Below are positions 1-12,457 of a stretch of DNA of 64,000 bases, in pieces. The stretch comes from Azolla caroliniana (lineage: Eukaryota; Plantae; Polypodiophyta), in NCBI GenBank assembly GCA_043228905.1, contig JBHGNT010000021.1:13239372-13303371 (forward strand), in the 5' to 3' direction. Below the pieces are notes generated by a model, which did not search any database, had not been told where the DNA came from, and saw only the letters and a program-made list of their open reading frames with translations. Within the stretch, counting starts at the first letter, position 1. Every line of letters starts with the position of its first letter. A program made the position numbers and the translations under genes.

Positions 1-230
1 CTCCTTGTTCTATAAAAGGAAGGGAGGGCCCCTTGTAGGGGGCTTGCCCATTTTGAGTTAGGAGGGTATACCGGTAGATGTAGGGTTTGGTTGTTCTTAC
101 TCTTCATCTTATTCTTGTTCCCTTAGGGTTTCTACTTTGGTCTTTTAACTCTATTTCATTTTAGGGTTTCTCTTTGGTCTTCTTCATTGTCTCATGGGTT
201 AGGTTCATTCTTGGAATGGAGGTTAGTACT
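1..230 (+). repeat. Left part of Gypsy-type LTR J (5' end outside the window), split by Copia A
   Basis: Bases 1-75 resemble the solo LTR at ~48150-48225, including TATA tataaaag. The LTR resumes at 30096 after the Copia A TSD. Confidence 0.7.
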
Positions 231-650
231 TGTGAAAGAATAACGTGCGGAAGCAGTGGAAAACCGAAAAACGAAGAACAGAAACACAGGTTTAATGGAG
301 AGCTTAGAAATATACACAGTACGCGGGAGAGACAGAAAGAGAGCACACAGAAACTCAATTCAAAATATTACTCAGTCTGTACATCGTATATGTTCAGTGA
401 ACACTTTTATACAAGTCCATACGGACTGACAGAAGTACGGTGTACTTCAATGCTCACACGAGCATCTGACACTAACTACGAGATATTAACTCCCTAGTAG
501 ACTAGCTGCTACTTGGCTTCCGGTTACTGCTTGATACAGCTAACCGGCTCCCCAACTCACCTGCTCACCGATCTGGCTCATCTTTCCGGATGTCGATCCG
601 GCTCAAGCTTATTCAGCCGATCCAGATCCGATTGAGCTTGCCGCTCAACA
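231..650 (-). repeat. 3' LTR of Copia A
   Basis: tgtgaaag...gctcaaca, adjacent to PPT complement ctccccctcaa; matches 29677-30095. Confidence 0.92.
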
Positions 651-843
651 CTCCCCCTCAAACTCAACTTGAGGTCGGATCGTAGTGTCAGTCTCCATGG
701 CAGTCGGTCCTTCCACCCAACTCCTTCTGGCGTCACTCCGCCTCACTCGCGCTCCTCGTCCGGTCCAGTCCCGTTTTCCGCGACCCTTCTATTTCTGCGC
801 ATCTCAACCTCCTCGGTCGGCTTGTCTGCTCAGCAGGCCCAAA

Positions 844-1748
844 TCAGCTCCCCTGCTGTTGTGGTGTCCGCTTGGCCCTTCGTTGATTCAGCGTATCCGA
901 ATTAAACATCCGAACCGACTCAGCTTCCTCCGATCGGTTTTCACTCTCGTCCGAGTTGGTTGTCTCCAACTCGTCTTCGGTCTTCTTGCCCTTGATGGCT
1001 TCGTCTCCCCCACACTTGGTTGGCTTCGGCTCTTTCTTTCGACTGCTCCCCTTATGTCCGCTTTTGGACTGTTCCGCGGATCCGCCATCAGCTTCTTCAG
1101 CCGATCCGAAATCGAATTCGTCATCCGACTCGGCGTCACGGTCTTTTCCACTCCTTTCCTGCTCCCTTCCATGGTCATCATGGACGTCTCTCCCCCTCAA
1201 GTTTGGCACATCGAGGTGACGCAACCCAAGCGCACCCAAGAATTGCCGCAACTTGTCCAGACCAAGAGGCTTGATGAAGATATCGGCGTTTTTGCCGATC
1301 CGTCGGAACATATTGAAGCTCGACTTCATCAGAGAGGACACGCTCATGGACAAAATGGTAGTGCACCTAAATGTGCTTAGTCTAGGCATGGAAGACGGGG
1401 TTCTTAGCTAGTTGGATGTTGCTGAGGTTGTCGCAGTAGATTGTCGTTAGATCGAATACCTCCACCTGCAGATCCTCAAGTAGTCACTTCAACCATATGG
1501 CTTCGCATGTCACGACAGCCGCTCCTCTATACTCAGCTTCGGTGCTCGACAGCGCAATTGTCGGTTGATTCTTGCTACTCCACGTGAATGCGGCACTCCC
1601 AAGAGAGGACGCGAAACTGGACGTCGATCGGCGATCGCCAGCGTTTCCGGCCCAATCAGCATCGGTGTAACCGACCAAGTACGCGGAAGTATCGGTCCAA
1701 TATAGTAGCCCCCGGTCCTTAGTGCCATTGACGTACCGGAGTACGCGT
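844..1748 (-). pseudogene. Copia A RNase H plus acidic C-terminal extension (frameshifted)
   Basis: GYTDADWAG, ALSSTEAEY, HYHFV.ERV and ADIFIKPL motifs in ORFs 1484-1678, 1178-1366 and 844-1389. Confidence 0.88.
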
Positions 1749-3112
1749 TGTCGTGAAAATCCGTCACTATATGCGGATCGTGAGACGGAACCGCCAGGGT
1801 TCTGGACTAGAAGGATTTAGTGCAACATGTACAACACAAGCAAGTTTTAAGCATAACACAACTGGGAGAGACAAATCATTAGTTTATTGCAAAAGAAAAT
1901 CTATTCTTTATAATTTCATAATTGTGTTAGAATGGGTTGGAAATGAGAGATTAAATTTTCAAAGAAAGGAGCCAACAACCATGCAAGGAGTGGTCCGATA
2001 TGAATACGAGAGATAATTTTGGACAAGAAAGATCGAGTAAACAAAGCTAGGAGTTTGATATCAATATGTGAGGTAATTTGTTTCTAGAATCCGAGAGGGA
2101 AGAAGGAAAAAAAAAACCTAGAGGGAAAAATGGAACATATATCCTGCTCCTTGTTGATCCTCCTCCCCAATGTTACTTTGCATGCCCACTTTAAGTTGCA
2201 TGGCCTCTATTTTTAGTTGTGTGGCCTCTACTTTTAGTTGCATGCTTCCATTTTTAGATGCATTCCTTTTACGTTTAGTTGCATGGCCTTGGCTTTTGGT
2301 TGCATGCGATTGTCCGTATAATTCGGCCAAATGACACAATCATCCATAAAGTGTAGCCCGTGTGCAATCCGTATGTGTGTCGCCACCAAACCGTAGACGC
2401 GTCCGCGCGCAAATGTCCCGCCTAAACCCTTTTACTTTTAGTTGCATGGCCTTGGCTTTTGGTTGCATGCGATTTTCCGTATAATTCGGCCAAATGACAC
2501 AATCATCCATAAAGTTTAGCCCGTGCGCAATCCGTACGTGCGTCGCAACCAAACCGTAGACGCGTCCGCGCACAAAAGTCCCGACCGCGCAATGTACGCA
2601 TCCACGCGCACGCGCGTCCAACCCGCACCGCGTACGCGCACGCCCAAAAACGTCCACGCGGCCATACACACGCGCATACACCTGAAGTGTGTACGCATCG
2701 ACGCGCTCGTCCACACACGCGCGTACGTCTGAAAACTTCCACGCGGCCATACACACGCGCATACGCCCGAAACGTTAACACGGCCATGCATACGCGCGTA
2801 TGCCACATAGTGTAGCCCAAGTCACCTTGAACATTCTGTGCTCCACACATTGATAGAATGAAGATGTTTTGGATTCCCTTATATATCGTGGGTTCCAATG
2901 TTGTCCTATCTATGTGGGATATCTCACAGTTTTGTCTTTTCTTACTTCTTCTTCAAACTTTACACTCACATAACTTGATACCTGTTTATCCGTTTCATGC
3001 GTAGTAAAATATATTATGAAGCTCTTGAAGACACCTATCTCTATGAATACATTAAGCTAATCTTAAATAATAGTTTTACTAAGTTTCATATCATGTGAAA
3101 AATCAGACGACA
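1749..3112 (-). repeat. 3' LTR of Gypsy B (contains an internal ~170-bp duplication)
   Basis: Matches 8866-10097; followed by PPT complement ttcaccccacc. Confidence 0.92.
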
Positions 3113-3169
3113 TTCACCCCACCAAACCTGCACATCCACCGGTATGTGCCAATTGTGGTGAGGTTCCTC

Positions 3170-6100
3170 TTTTAATTACTCTTTTTCAACCTCGATGTTC
3201 GAGGCTCTATCATCTAGAGCTTCAATCTCAAGATTTGGGGCCTCTCTTCTCTTAAAGATCTTGATTCTTTTCCCTGCAATTGGCAAAGCAAGTCGAGTTC
3301 CATCTAACTCCACTAAAAAATAGGTTGCATTGCTTCCTATTTTCTTGACCATATACGACCCAAACCATCATTTTGCGAACTTTCGAGTAGTGCTATATTG
3401 ATTATCGAGACTACTGTCATAGACAAGAACCCAATCTCCTTCTTCAATTTTTCTTTGCCAAAGGCGATGCTTTCTATCAAAAATGTCCTTGTTCTTCAGT
3501 CGAGCTTGGCGCAACCGTTCTATTGCCAACTCGACATCTTCGGGCCTCCGTTCTAGTTGTTAAATCCTCGTGGCTAGCAAGTCTTCCCGACTCATTTCCT
3601 CTTGCCATGACAAAGATGTCCATGAAGCAACACTTTACTCGATAGACATTATTGGTTTTTGCCCTAATATGAGTTCGGCCGGCATATATCCTGTAGTCAT
3701 GCTATGTGTAGTTCTATCAGCCCACAATGCATAAGGTAGTAATCGTGGCCAATTCCCCATCTTGCCGTCGCAAGCCTTTGCTAGAGCTTTTACAATCGGA
3801 CTATGTCCTCGTTCCACCTTCCCATTTGCGTCTGGGTTGTATGCCACGATGAGCGATAGTTTGACGCCTATTCTTGAAAAGAATTCTTTAGTTTCATTCA
3901 CATCTAATTCTCCCCTATCAGCTACTATTTTGCCAGCACATCCGTATCGACAAATAACATCTTCAAGGAGAAACTTAAAAACTACCGAAGTTGTTTTATA
4001 CCTTAGCGCCTGTCCTTCTACTTGGTTGGTGAGATCCTCTCTTGCTAGCACGAGATACTTCATTTAACCCAATCCCATCGACATAACCACTATGTCTACC
4101 AACCACTTATAGTGCATTGATAATGGATATGTCGGGTGAAGTTCATCCCTATGTTGAATATTCGAGTATAATTGGCATTGCTCACATGTTTCAACATAGC
4201 TTGCTACATCTTTGTAAACACCCGACCACCAATACTTTTCCTTGAGCTTTGCAAATGTTGCCCATCTACCACGATCACCTGCCCACACACTATCATGAAA
4301 TTTAGCAATTAGTGTTTGTTGATCCTGTTTCTTGCACACCACTCGAAGTGGAGTTCCATTCTTTTTCTTCGTAAACTTCCAAAGATGTCCTTCTTTGAGG
4401 AAGAACTTGTAGGCCTTCTTCCTAATTCGGTAGAAGTCTTCCTTTGACCATGATTCATCTTTTGTAAGAGAGCTTAAGTATTTGCCAATTTCAATGAATT
4501 CACCCTCATAATCTTCTACTTTGAACACTGCTAGCACCCGAGCACAAGAAACCGTAAAGAAGTTTAGGCCAACATACTCTTCGTCAAAGTGCAAATCTTC
4601 TTCACCCTCATACCTCACCCTTGACAACATATCGGCCACCACATTATGCTTTACATTTATATGCCGAATCTCAGGGTTGAGGGCCTTGATATAGGCAATC
4701 CATCGCAGCATAGCAATATCCAGTGTAGCACAACCGGATATCATTCCGAGAATAGGTAGACAATCGGTTTCGATTATGACCTCTGTTCCTATAAGGTAGT
4801 CACGGTCGATTTTAACCGTGGATACTATTCCCCATAGCTCTCTCTTTACTTCGGCATACTTCCTTTGTCTTTCGGTTAACACCTTCGCACCGAATCGGAT
4901 TGCATACCGATTCTTTTCTTTGTCTTCTTGGTTTATCACCCATCCAATTCCGGTTGGGCTCGTATCCACTGTCACATATATCGGGGTACCATCGGTGTAG
5001 TCGGCTTTGTGCAGTGCTGGAGCTTCCAATAATAGTTTCTTTAGCTTTTGAATCGCGTAGGTATGCTCATCTTCCCATTCGAACTTCTTCTTTTTCTTTA
5101 ATAGTCCATACAATGGTTCAACGACATGAGCATAATGTGGAATCCATATGCGATAGAATGCACATGCTCCCAAGAATCTACGCACCTCCATTTGAGACAC
5201 ACATTCTTCTTTCATCTCTTGAATAGCGTTCACCTTGGATGGAGATGGCTTCCGGCCATAAGACCCACAAAAGTGTCCTACTACCAATATTTCTGGTTGA
5301 CCAAATGCAAACTTCTCTCCCGAAAGCGTGAGATTCGCATCCTCAAGCTTTTGCAACACCTTCTCACTATCCTTTATATGATCAATGACAAATCTTCGGC
5401 AACCATCTTCATCTTTCGATTCATCTTTTTCTTCCACCAAGCATCCTTTGATTGGAATATCATCTAAGAAGGGCATTGTGATATCGGGGATGCAATCCCT
5501 CAACACTTTATTCATGGCATTCACCATGTGGGCTACGGAATTTGTTGCACCTTGGGGTAAGGTGCACATCCTTACCAACTCGATCGGCGTCCTCATTGTC
5601 GTTATGTCTCTACTATCGACGGCCAATTGAAATTGATCATAGCCCGAGTAGAGATCACCAATGGAATAGATTGATCTTCTCGGGAAGGCTTCGGCAAATT
5701 CATCCACACTTGGACCAATTCCGGCATTTCGGATCGTCACCTTGTTGACGGATTGGACATCTTGAATAAAGCATAAGGACCCGTTCTTCTTCGGCACCGT
5801 AAACCATCTATTGGAGTAGGGAGCATTGGACGGCTCAAGAATTCCCATCCTAACCTTTTCCTTTAGAAGCTCAATCAACTTCGGAATGTGAGCTCTTGGA
5901 ACCGGTATCGGCTTGAGGTTCCCAGGTACATGCGGCACCGTAAAAATCACCATCAGCTCTATTATCTTCGGGTCGGCACATCCGATCTCTTGTGGAGAGA
6001 AGGCAAAGCCTTTCCCATGTCTCTCAAGCATTCCACGGAACATTCTCTCCTCTTCAGGGAGAAGGAAATCTTCCCTTCCAACTTGTAGCTTTCCTTTTGT

Positions 6101-6529
6101 CTCTTTGGTGAAGACATGACCTATTGCCTTTAGATCCCTTAAGCTCGAATCATTAGCAACTTCCTTCATCTTCTGCCAGCTATCTTCCGGTAGCGGAACC
6201 GCAACTGGCTTGATCTTCTTATTCATTGTTTTATATTTTGTGTTGACTTCAGCTTCATCCATCAAGATGCCTCGATGATATTCATCGATGATAGCGTACA
6301 TGTCGATAAAGTTAACCGAAATCACATGTTTATTGTGAGGATAGCTCAAGTCCACGACTTCCTCGATTTCGCCGATGGTGTCGTTAAATGAGGCTTCCTC
6401 CAGAATATGAGACACAAATTCTTCTTCTTCGATTATGCTTTCTTCTTTCAGCACCTTCTCGAAGTCTTGTATCCGATGCTTGTCCTTCTTGTTGAGTAGT
6501 GTTAGTTTACATGTGCCACTAGGTGTCAC
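3170..6529 (-). pseudogene. Gypsy B pol (RT-RNase H-integrase), interrupted by stops
   Basis: ORF 4064-6529 has DLYSGYDQ, LPQGATNS, FLDD, VDTS and an integrase zinc-finger-like region. ORF 3635-4063 has the integrase core YNPDANGKVER. Confidence 0.9.
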
Positions 6530-6629
6530 ACATATTGCTTCTCCTTGCGATCCACTTATTTTGCTTCCTTGTGGGGACTTATGATTGCTTGGACTATTTC
6601 TACCCCACTCTTCAATAGTCAGCTCTAAA

Positions 6630-8844
6630 AAGCCGAGGATTCGCCTCCAAGGCTATCTCGGTTCCTTTCGTGATTAGCCCGCACCGTAAGGAGTTGAACA
6701 AATCTTTGATTGTCAAGGCTCTTGACTCGCGCGAAGGCCGCTCCATTATCGAACACCTTAGTCTCCATCTAGGACTATGTGATATATGGTTGTCCTAGGA
6801 TGACGGAATGTGAAGCCAAGTCTTGCACGAAGAAGTGTTGATCCATCTCCACATCTCCGATTGTGACTTTAACATTGGGGCAAGCTGCGTACAAGTCTTC
6901 TGTGGCCTTCGTTGCCGCTCGTATCTTCCATCCGTAGTTTGTGTTGATCATACATCTTCCTTTCTTGTAGAATTTGGTCGACATGAGGTTGATCTCCAAA
7001 CCATGGTCAATCAAGGCTACCACGGTCTCCTTCTTCTCTCTGATCTTCACCAGCGTCTCCATTGTCGCTCTTGCCCAATAAGGCCGAGAGTAATGGCTGT
7101 CCACCATCACTTCTTCTTCCTCCTCCTCTTCTGATCTTGCCATGGTTATGACACTTGTTTTCACCTCTTCTTCATCCGATTGTTGCCGCGTCCGCTTAAT
7201 CAAGTCCACGATAGTATCGTGGAACTCCTTCTTAGCGATCCCAAGTAGCTCTCTCAAAGTAAGGTCGACATGACTGTCTAAAACCTTCTCCTCAAGGACC
7301 TTCCGCAAGTCGGTTGTTTGTTCTATGTTCGACCTTAGCTTGTAAGTCGGAGCCGCTCGTTCTTTTCCTTTCTTCACAGATTCATCAACTTCCATCCGAG
7401 AAGGTTGGCTCGATCCACCGGGCTTCATGCTTGTTTCTCCTATCTCTTTTCGTGGTGTAGGCTGGGCTTGTCCTTCTTTCCCTGCATTCCTTGTATTGTG
7501 ACGCTTTGAGGTGCCATCTTCTTCACCGGTTCTTTTCCTCTTCTTTTCGACAAGAGCCTCATAGTTGTCGCACACAACCTCCACAAAGCTTATGTTATCA
7601 TCGACTGGATCCGACAATCCGGTTACTCATCGCACATTCCGATCAGCATGTTTGAGATCCTCTAAACCTATTTTTCCTTTCTTTTCATAATCGAATATTG
7701 TTGGCCAAAACCCAACTCCCGGCTTGATCGTCTTTAGATTCTCTCTTCCGACTCGTATTCCCGCCGATGCAGCATAGTGCATGGCTTCCACATGCCTTGC
7801 ATCTTCCTCTTCCACGATCTTCTTCAGCTTGCCTCTCCCGAAGTTCACTCGTTGTGGCTTTCATGTCTCGCTCGAGTGGATCATGTTGCCGTCCAAATAG
7901 ACGACATTCTTGCGAATTGCGTCTTGCAAGTCAGTGCACTCCCTTCGCGAGTGCTCGAAGCTATCGCACCACACACATCTATACACTTCTTTCCCCTTTG
8001 GCCCATGTCGACCTAAGTTGGCCAGAGATACCGCTTCAAACTTCTTGAAGATCTCTTCGATTATAGATTCCTCGATTGTTTTCTTGTCGAAATTGTTGAT
8101 CGGCTTGTTAGACTCGATCGTCACAGGTGTCTTCCTCCTCCACGATTGTGGATTCTCCATATCAGTTTCCTCTTGCCATTGTCGACACTTGTCAAGACGG
8201 CTACAAGCCTTCTTCACCATCACCCAGTCCGCTACCAAGCCATTCGGTTGTGTTTCGTCCTCCAAAAAGTTGCCCAATTCTCGCCGATCTTTCACATCCA
8301 CTGTCTTCAGGAATATTCAGACTTTATCTCCATTGAGAATTCGTTGATCAACACTCGGAAGTCGGTTATACTTCTGGTCAAATTCGGCATATACTCCAGA
8401 CACACACATATTCTTCCCTTTCTTCTCGATCCAAGACATTAGCGTATGTCGAGTCATCCATGATGCGTCTTCAAGCATGTATTCAGCGAGAAGCGCCTTT
8501 TCGAACTCGGCCCAAGTTGCATGCTCGTTTTGGATCTCCATGACGCGGTCACGGATCCCTGGTTCCACCACACGTTTGAAGCTAGAAATTTGTTTGAGAT
8601 CATTGACATCGCTTTGTTGCTTCTCGTTCCAATAGGTAGCAAGAAAATCCGTGATGTTCTTGCCACCAAATCTTCCAGCTATCTCGACCGTACGATCAAC
8701 AACTTTGTCGATTAAAGCTTCTCGATGTCTCACCTTCAGCATGTATTCCACTACGGATACCATGCCTTGCGTTAATTCCTCTCCTTGAGTTCCGCTTGTG
8801 GAAGCCATCATTGCACTTGATATCCTCCCTACCGCCTCTTTCAC
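6630..8844 (-). pseudogene. Gypsy B gag and protease, fragmented
   Basis: ORFs 8317-8844, 7861-8301 (CxxC...H...C knuckle), 7627-7848 and 6775-7617 (ALIDHG protease motif, ILGQPY). Confidence 0.85.
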
Positions 8845-8865
8845 GTCGGGTTCACTACTTAATTA

Positions 8866-10097
8866 TGTCGTGAAAAGCCGTCACTATGTGGTGATCGTGA
8901 GACGGAACCGTCGGGGTTCTGGACTAGAAGGATTTAGTGCAACACGTACAACACAAGCAAGTTTTAAGCATAACACAACTGGGAGAGACAAATCATTAGT
9001 TTATTGCAAAAGAAAATCTATTCTTTATAATTTCATAATCGTGTTACAATGGGTTGGAAATGAGAAATTAATTTTTCAAAGAAAGGAGCCAACAACCATG
9101 CAAGGAGTGGTCCGATATGAATACGAGAGATAATTTTGGACAAGAAAGATCGAGTAAACAAAGCTAGGAGTTTGATATCAATATGTGAGATAATTTGTTT
9201 CTCGAATCCGAGAGGGAAGAAGAAGGAAGGGAAAAAAAAAACCTAGAGGGAAAAAATGGGACATATATCCTGCTCCTTGTTGATCCTCCTCCCCAATGTT
9301 ACTTTGCATGCCCACTTTAAGTTGCATGGCCTCTATTTTTAGTTGCTTGGCCTCTACTTCTAGTTGCATGCTTCCATTTTTAGATGCATTCCTTTTACTT
9401 TTAGCTGCATGGCCTTGGCTTTTGGTTGCATGCGATTGTCCGTATAATTCGGCCACATGACACAATCATCCATAAAGTGTAGCCTGTGCGCCATCCGTAC
9501 GTGCGTCACAACCAAACCGTAGACACGTCCGCGCGCAAAAGTCCTGACCACGCAATGTACACATCCAACCCGCACTGTGTATGCATCCGCACACACGTGC
9601 GTCCCGACGGCGCCGTGTACGCATCCGCGCGCACGCCCGAAAACGTCCACACAGCCATACACACGCGCATATGCCCGAAGTGTGTACGCATACGCGTGCT
9701 CGTCCGCACACACGCGTATGTCTGAAAACGTCCACGCGGCCATGCACACGCGCATACGCCCGAAGCGTTAACACGGCCATGCATACCACACAGTGTAGCC
9801 CAAGTCACCTTGAACATTCTTTGCTCCACACATTGATAGAATGAATATGTTTTGGTTTCCCTTATATATCCTGGGTTCCAATGTTGTCCTATCTTTGTGG
9901 GATATCTCACAGTTTTTTCTTTTCTTTCTTCTTCTTCAAACTTTACACTCAGTGCATAACTTGAGACCTATTTATCCGTTTCATGCGTAGTAAAATAAGC
10001 TATGAAGTTCTTGAAGACACTTATCTATATGAATAATTAAGCTAATCTTAAATAATTTTTTTACTAAGTTTCATATCGTGTGAAGAACCACACGACA
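8866..10097 (-). repeat. 5' LTR of Gypsy B
   Basis: Matches 1749-3112; PBS lies immediately inside. Confidence 0.92.
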
Positions 10098-11901
10098 TCG
10101 TTGTGCGCACTGAAGGTGCTCCTCGGTCGGTCGCGCCATGAAATGACTAATCACCCCGACCGGGTAGCTGAGATCTGGTCGGGTGATGATCAAGTATATA
10201 AGGCTTCCGACTATCTGTCAGAACCTCGTCGGGTCGCATACCTTTCCAGAATCAGGGCAAAGTTTGACGGTTCTATCCAGAGGAGTTGAGATAGACTTAT
10301 AGTCGGCCATCCCGAATTTGAAGAGCATACTCAGCACGTAATGCCGTTGGCTGATCAGTATGCCTTCGGGGGTGCGGATCACTTCGATCCCGAGGAAGTA
10401 ATGAAGGTCCCCCAGATGCTTCATGTCGAATGATGCCGCAAGCTGGAGCTTCATGCGGTCAATCTCACCTAGGTCGGCGCCAGTGATGACCACGTCATCA
10501 ACATAAAGTAAAATGCTAACCGGCCCGAGTTGACCTTTCCGGATGAACAGTGAGGAGTCTGATTTTGACGTCGCAAAGCCCAACCGACGCAATCTTTGTG
10601 TGATCTTCGCGTTCCAAGTAGGCGGGGCTTGCTTTAGTCCGTAAAGGGACTTCTTCAATCGGCATGCTGCCGAAGTGTTCGTTCCGGAGTGAAATCTGGG
10701 GGGTTGTACCATGTACACCCATTCCTCAAGCTTACCTTGCAAGAACGCATTCTTTACATCCATCTGATGTAAGTGCCACCCCTTTGCCGCAACCACCGCG
10801 AGCAAAACACGGACGATCGTCATCTTCACGACTGGCGCAAACGTCTCATCGTAGTCAATGTCGTGTTTCTCCACGTAGCCCTTTCGCTACTAACCAGGCC
10901 TTGTATCGGTTGACCAAGTCATCAGTGTTGTACTTGACCTTGTACACCCTTATGCACCCGATCGGCTTCACACCCACATGTACTTGACCTTGTACACCCA
11001 CATGCACCCGATCAGCCAATGCACACATCTCTTCCTCCATTGCGGCACGCCAATTCGCGTCCTTCGCCGCTTCTGCGTAGCTTTCCGGCTCACGCACATC
11101 CGCTACACAGGTCATGTACGCATAGTGATGCGCCATGTACTCATTGTATCCGAACCGCACAACAGGGTTCTTCTGGCGGGAAGACCGACGTAACTTGGTA
11201 TTACCCGGTTTGGGGCCCTTCTTGGCCAGGTCGGACCTCGTTCCCGGAGTTCGGCCTTCATCCTTTGTGGAGTCGGATTCGCTCCGATCCGACTCAACGT
11301 TGCCGGTTTGGTATTCCGGCATCTTCTTCTTCCCCCTTCTCTTTGCGCGTGAACCATCTCCTTGGTTCCTTGCGTGGGGAAAGCATGTCAGAGTCTCCAC
11401 TACTCGCTAGTTCCTCATCCGACTGGTCATCCCGACTCAGCCGCTCATTCGGTCCACTTAACTGAAATGAGATCAGACTCTCTTCTAGAGTGCCGAGGTC
11501 TTCATCTTCTATCTGGGCCGATTCAGGCTCACTAGCCTCATCCTACGGTATCGGGTCAGGGTCAGAAGTCGGAGTCGGTAAGGCATACCATGATGTCGTC
11601 TCATCAAACTCAACATCTCGGCTAACTCGGACCTGGTTCGTCCAGGGGTTATAACACTTATCCCCCTTTTGCTCATGCTAGTAACCGACCAAGATGTATT
11701 TCTCTGACTTTGAATCCAACTTCCTCCACTTCTCATCCAGCACATGCACATGTGCAATGCTACCGAATATCCGAAGGTGTCTCAAATTTGGCTTGCGCCC
11801 GAAGTATAGCTCATGCACAGACACCTTGTCACTGATCCGGTTTTGGATGTAGACGGCCGTTCGAACCGCCTCCGCCCAGTAGAAATGGGGCATGCTCTTC
11901 T
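10098..11901 (-). pseudogene. Copia A reverse transcriptase and integrase C-terminus
   Basis: ETFAPV, QMDVKNAFL, SLYGLKQAP, LYVDD and FYWAEAV motifs; continuous with the flanks across the B and C insertions. Confidence 0.9.
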
Positions 11902-12359
11902 TGTTACCCGTTCCTTTGGGTGAACACCTTCGATAGATCTGCGGCTATCGGTATTCAAGGGCGTGGTACGTGAAGGCTCGTAATAGAGGCGTCGTGAGAG
12001 AAACAATGCTCAGAGATAAAACACTAGCGAGATCTTGATAGGCGTGGGCGGCGCTGAAATCATAGGTATGAATCAAAGCACAGACACATGGAGCAAACTG
12101 GGCACAAATCAGATATATTACTGCGACAGAAAAAGGATTACAGAACACGGCCTACGGCCGGTGACCTTACAAGATTATCTAGTTACGAGGGACTCAGCTA
12201 GTGCTTCCGCCTATATTTTTCTTCTCCCCTGCTCTGAAGTACTGGTCCTCGTTTAAATAACGTTTCCCCTAATACACAGCCGAGTCGTCGGTGGCCCGTG
12301 ATACTCGGACTCGGCGTTTGCTAATTTCCTAATTTTACATTTCTATCCTCTGGACAACA
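11902..12359 (-). repeat. 3' LTR of Gypsy C
   Basis: tgttaccc...gacaaca; about 15 substitutions versus 27423-27880 (hand count). Confidence 0.95.
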
Positions 12360-12361
12360 CT

Positions 12362-12400
12362 TGGCACGCCCGTGGGACAGGACCTGTCCGTCGGACCCAC
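12362..12400 (+). other. Inverted tRNA-Arg primer-binding-like site at the position where the PPT should be
   Basis: tggcacgcccgtgggac, 2 nt inside the 3' LTR. The element-sense strand reads gtgggtccga[12 nt]gtcccacgggcgtgCCA, resembling a tRNA T-arm plus acceptor 3' strand. Confidence 0.85.
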
Positions 12401-12457
12401 GACTTACAAAAATACTAACAATATTACAAAAATTTCCTTTTAGGCGTGATCCTCGTT

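Larger units (their letters stand above)
1749..10097 (-). mobile_element. Ty3/Gypsy LTR retrotransposon B (tRNA-Trp-primed, 4-bp TSD family; Phygy-like), degenerate
   Basis: LTRs at 1749-3112 and 8866-10097 (TGTCG..CGACA). PPT at 3113-3128. Degenerate PBS tagtgaacccgacgtga at ~8841-8857. TSD gcgt/tcgt. gag-PR-RT-RH-INT order. Confidence 0.92.

Noticed and set aside
1749-1790. B LTRs inverted relative to the internal region, since their plus-strand start resembles the sense start of E/G LTRs
   Set aside because: The TATA box (~2878-2886) and CT-rich tract lie on the minus strand, consistent with gag-pol. The similarity is limited to the terminal inverted sequence.
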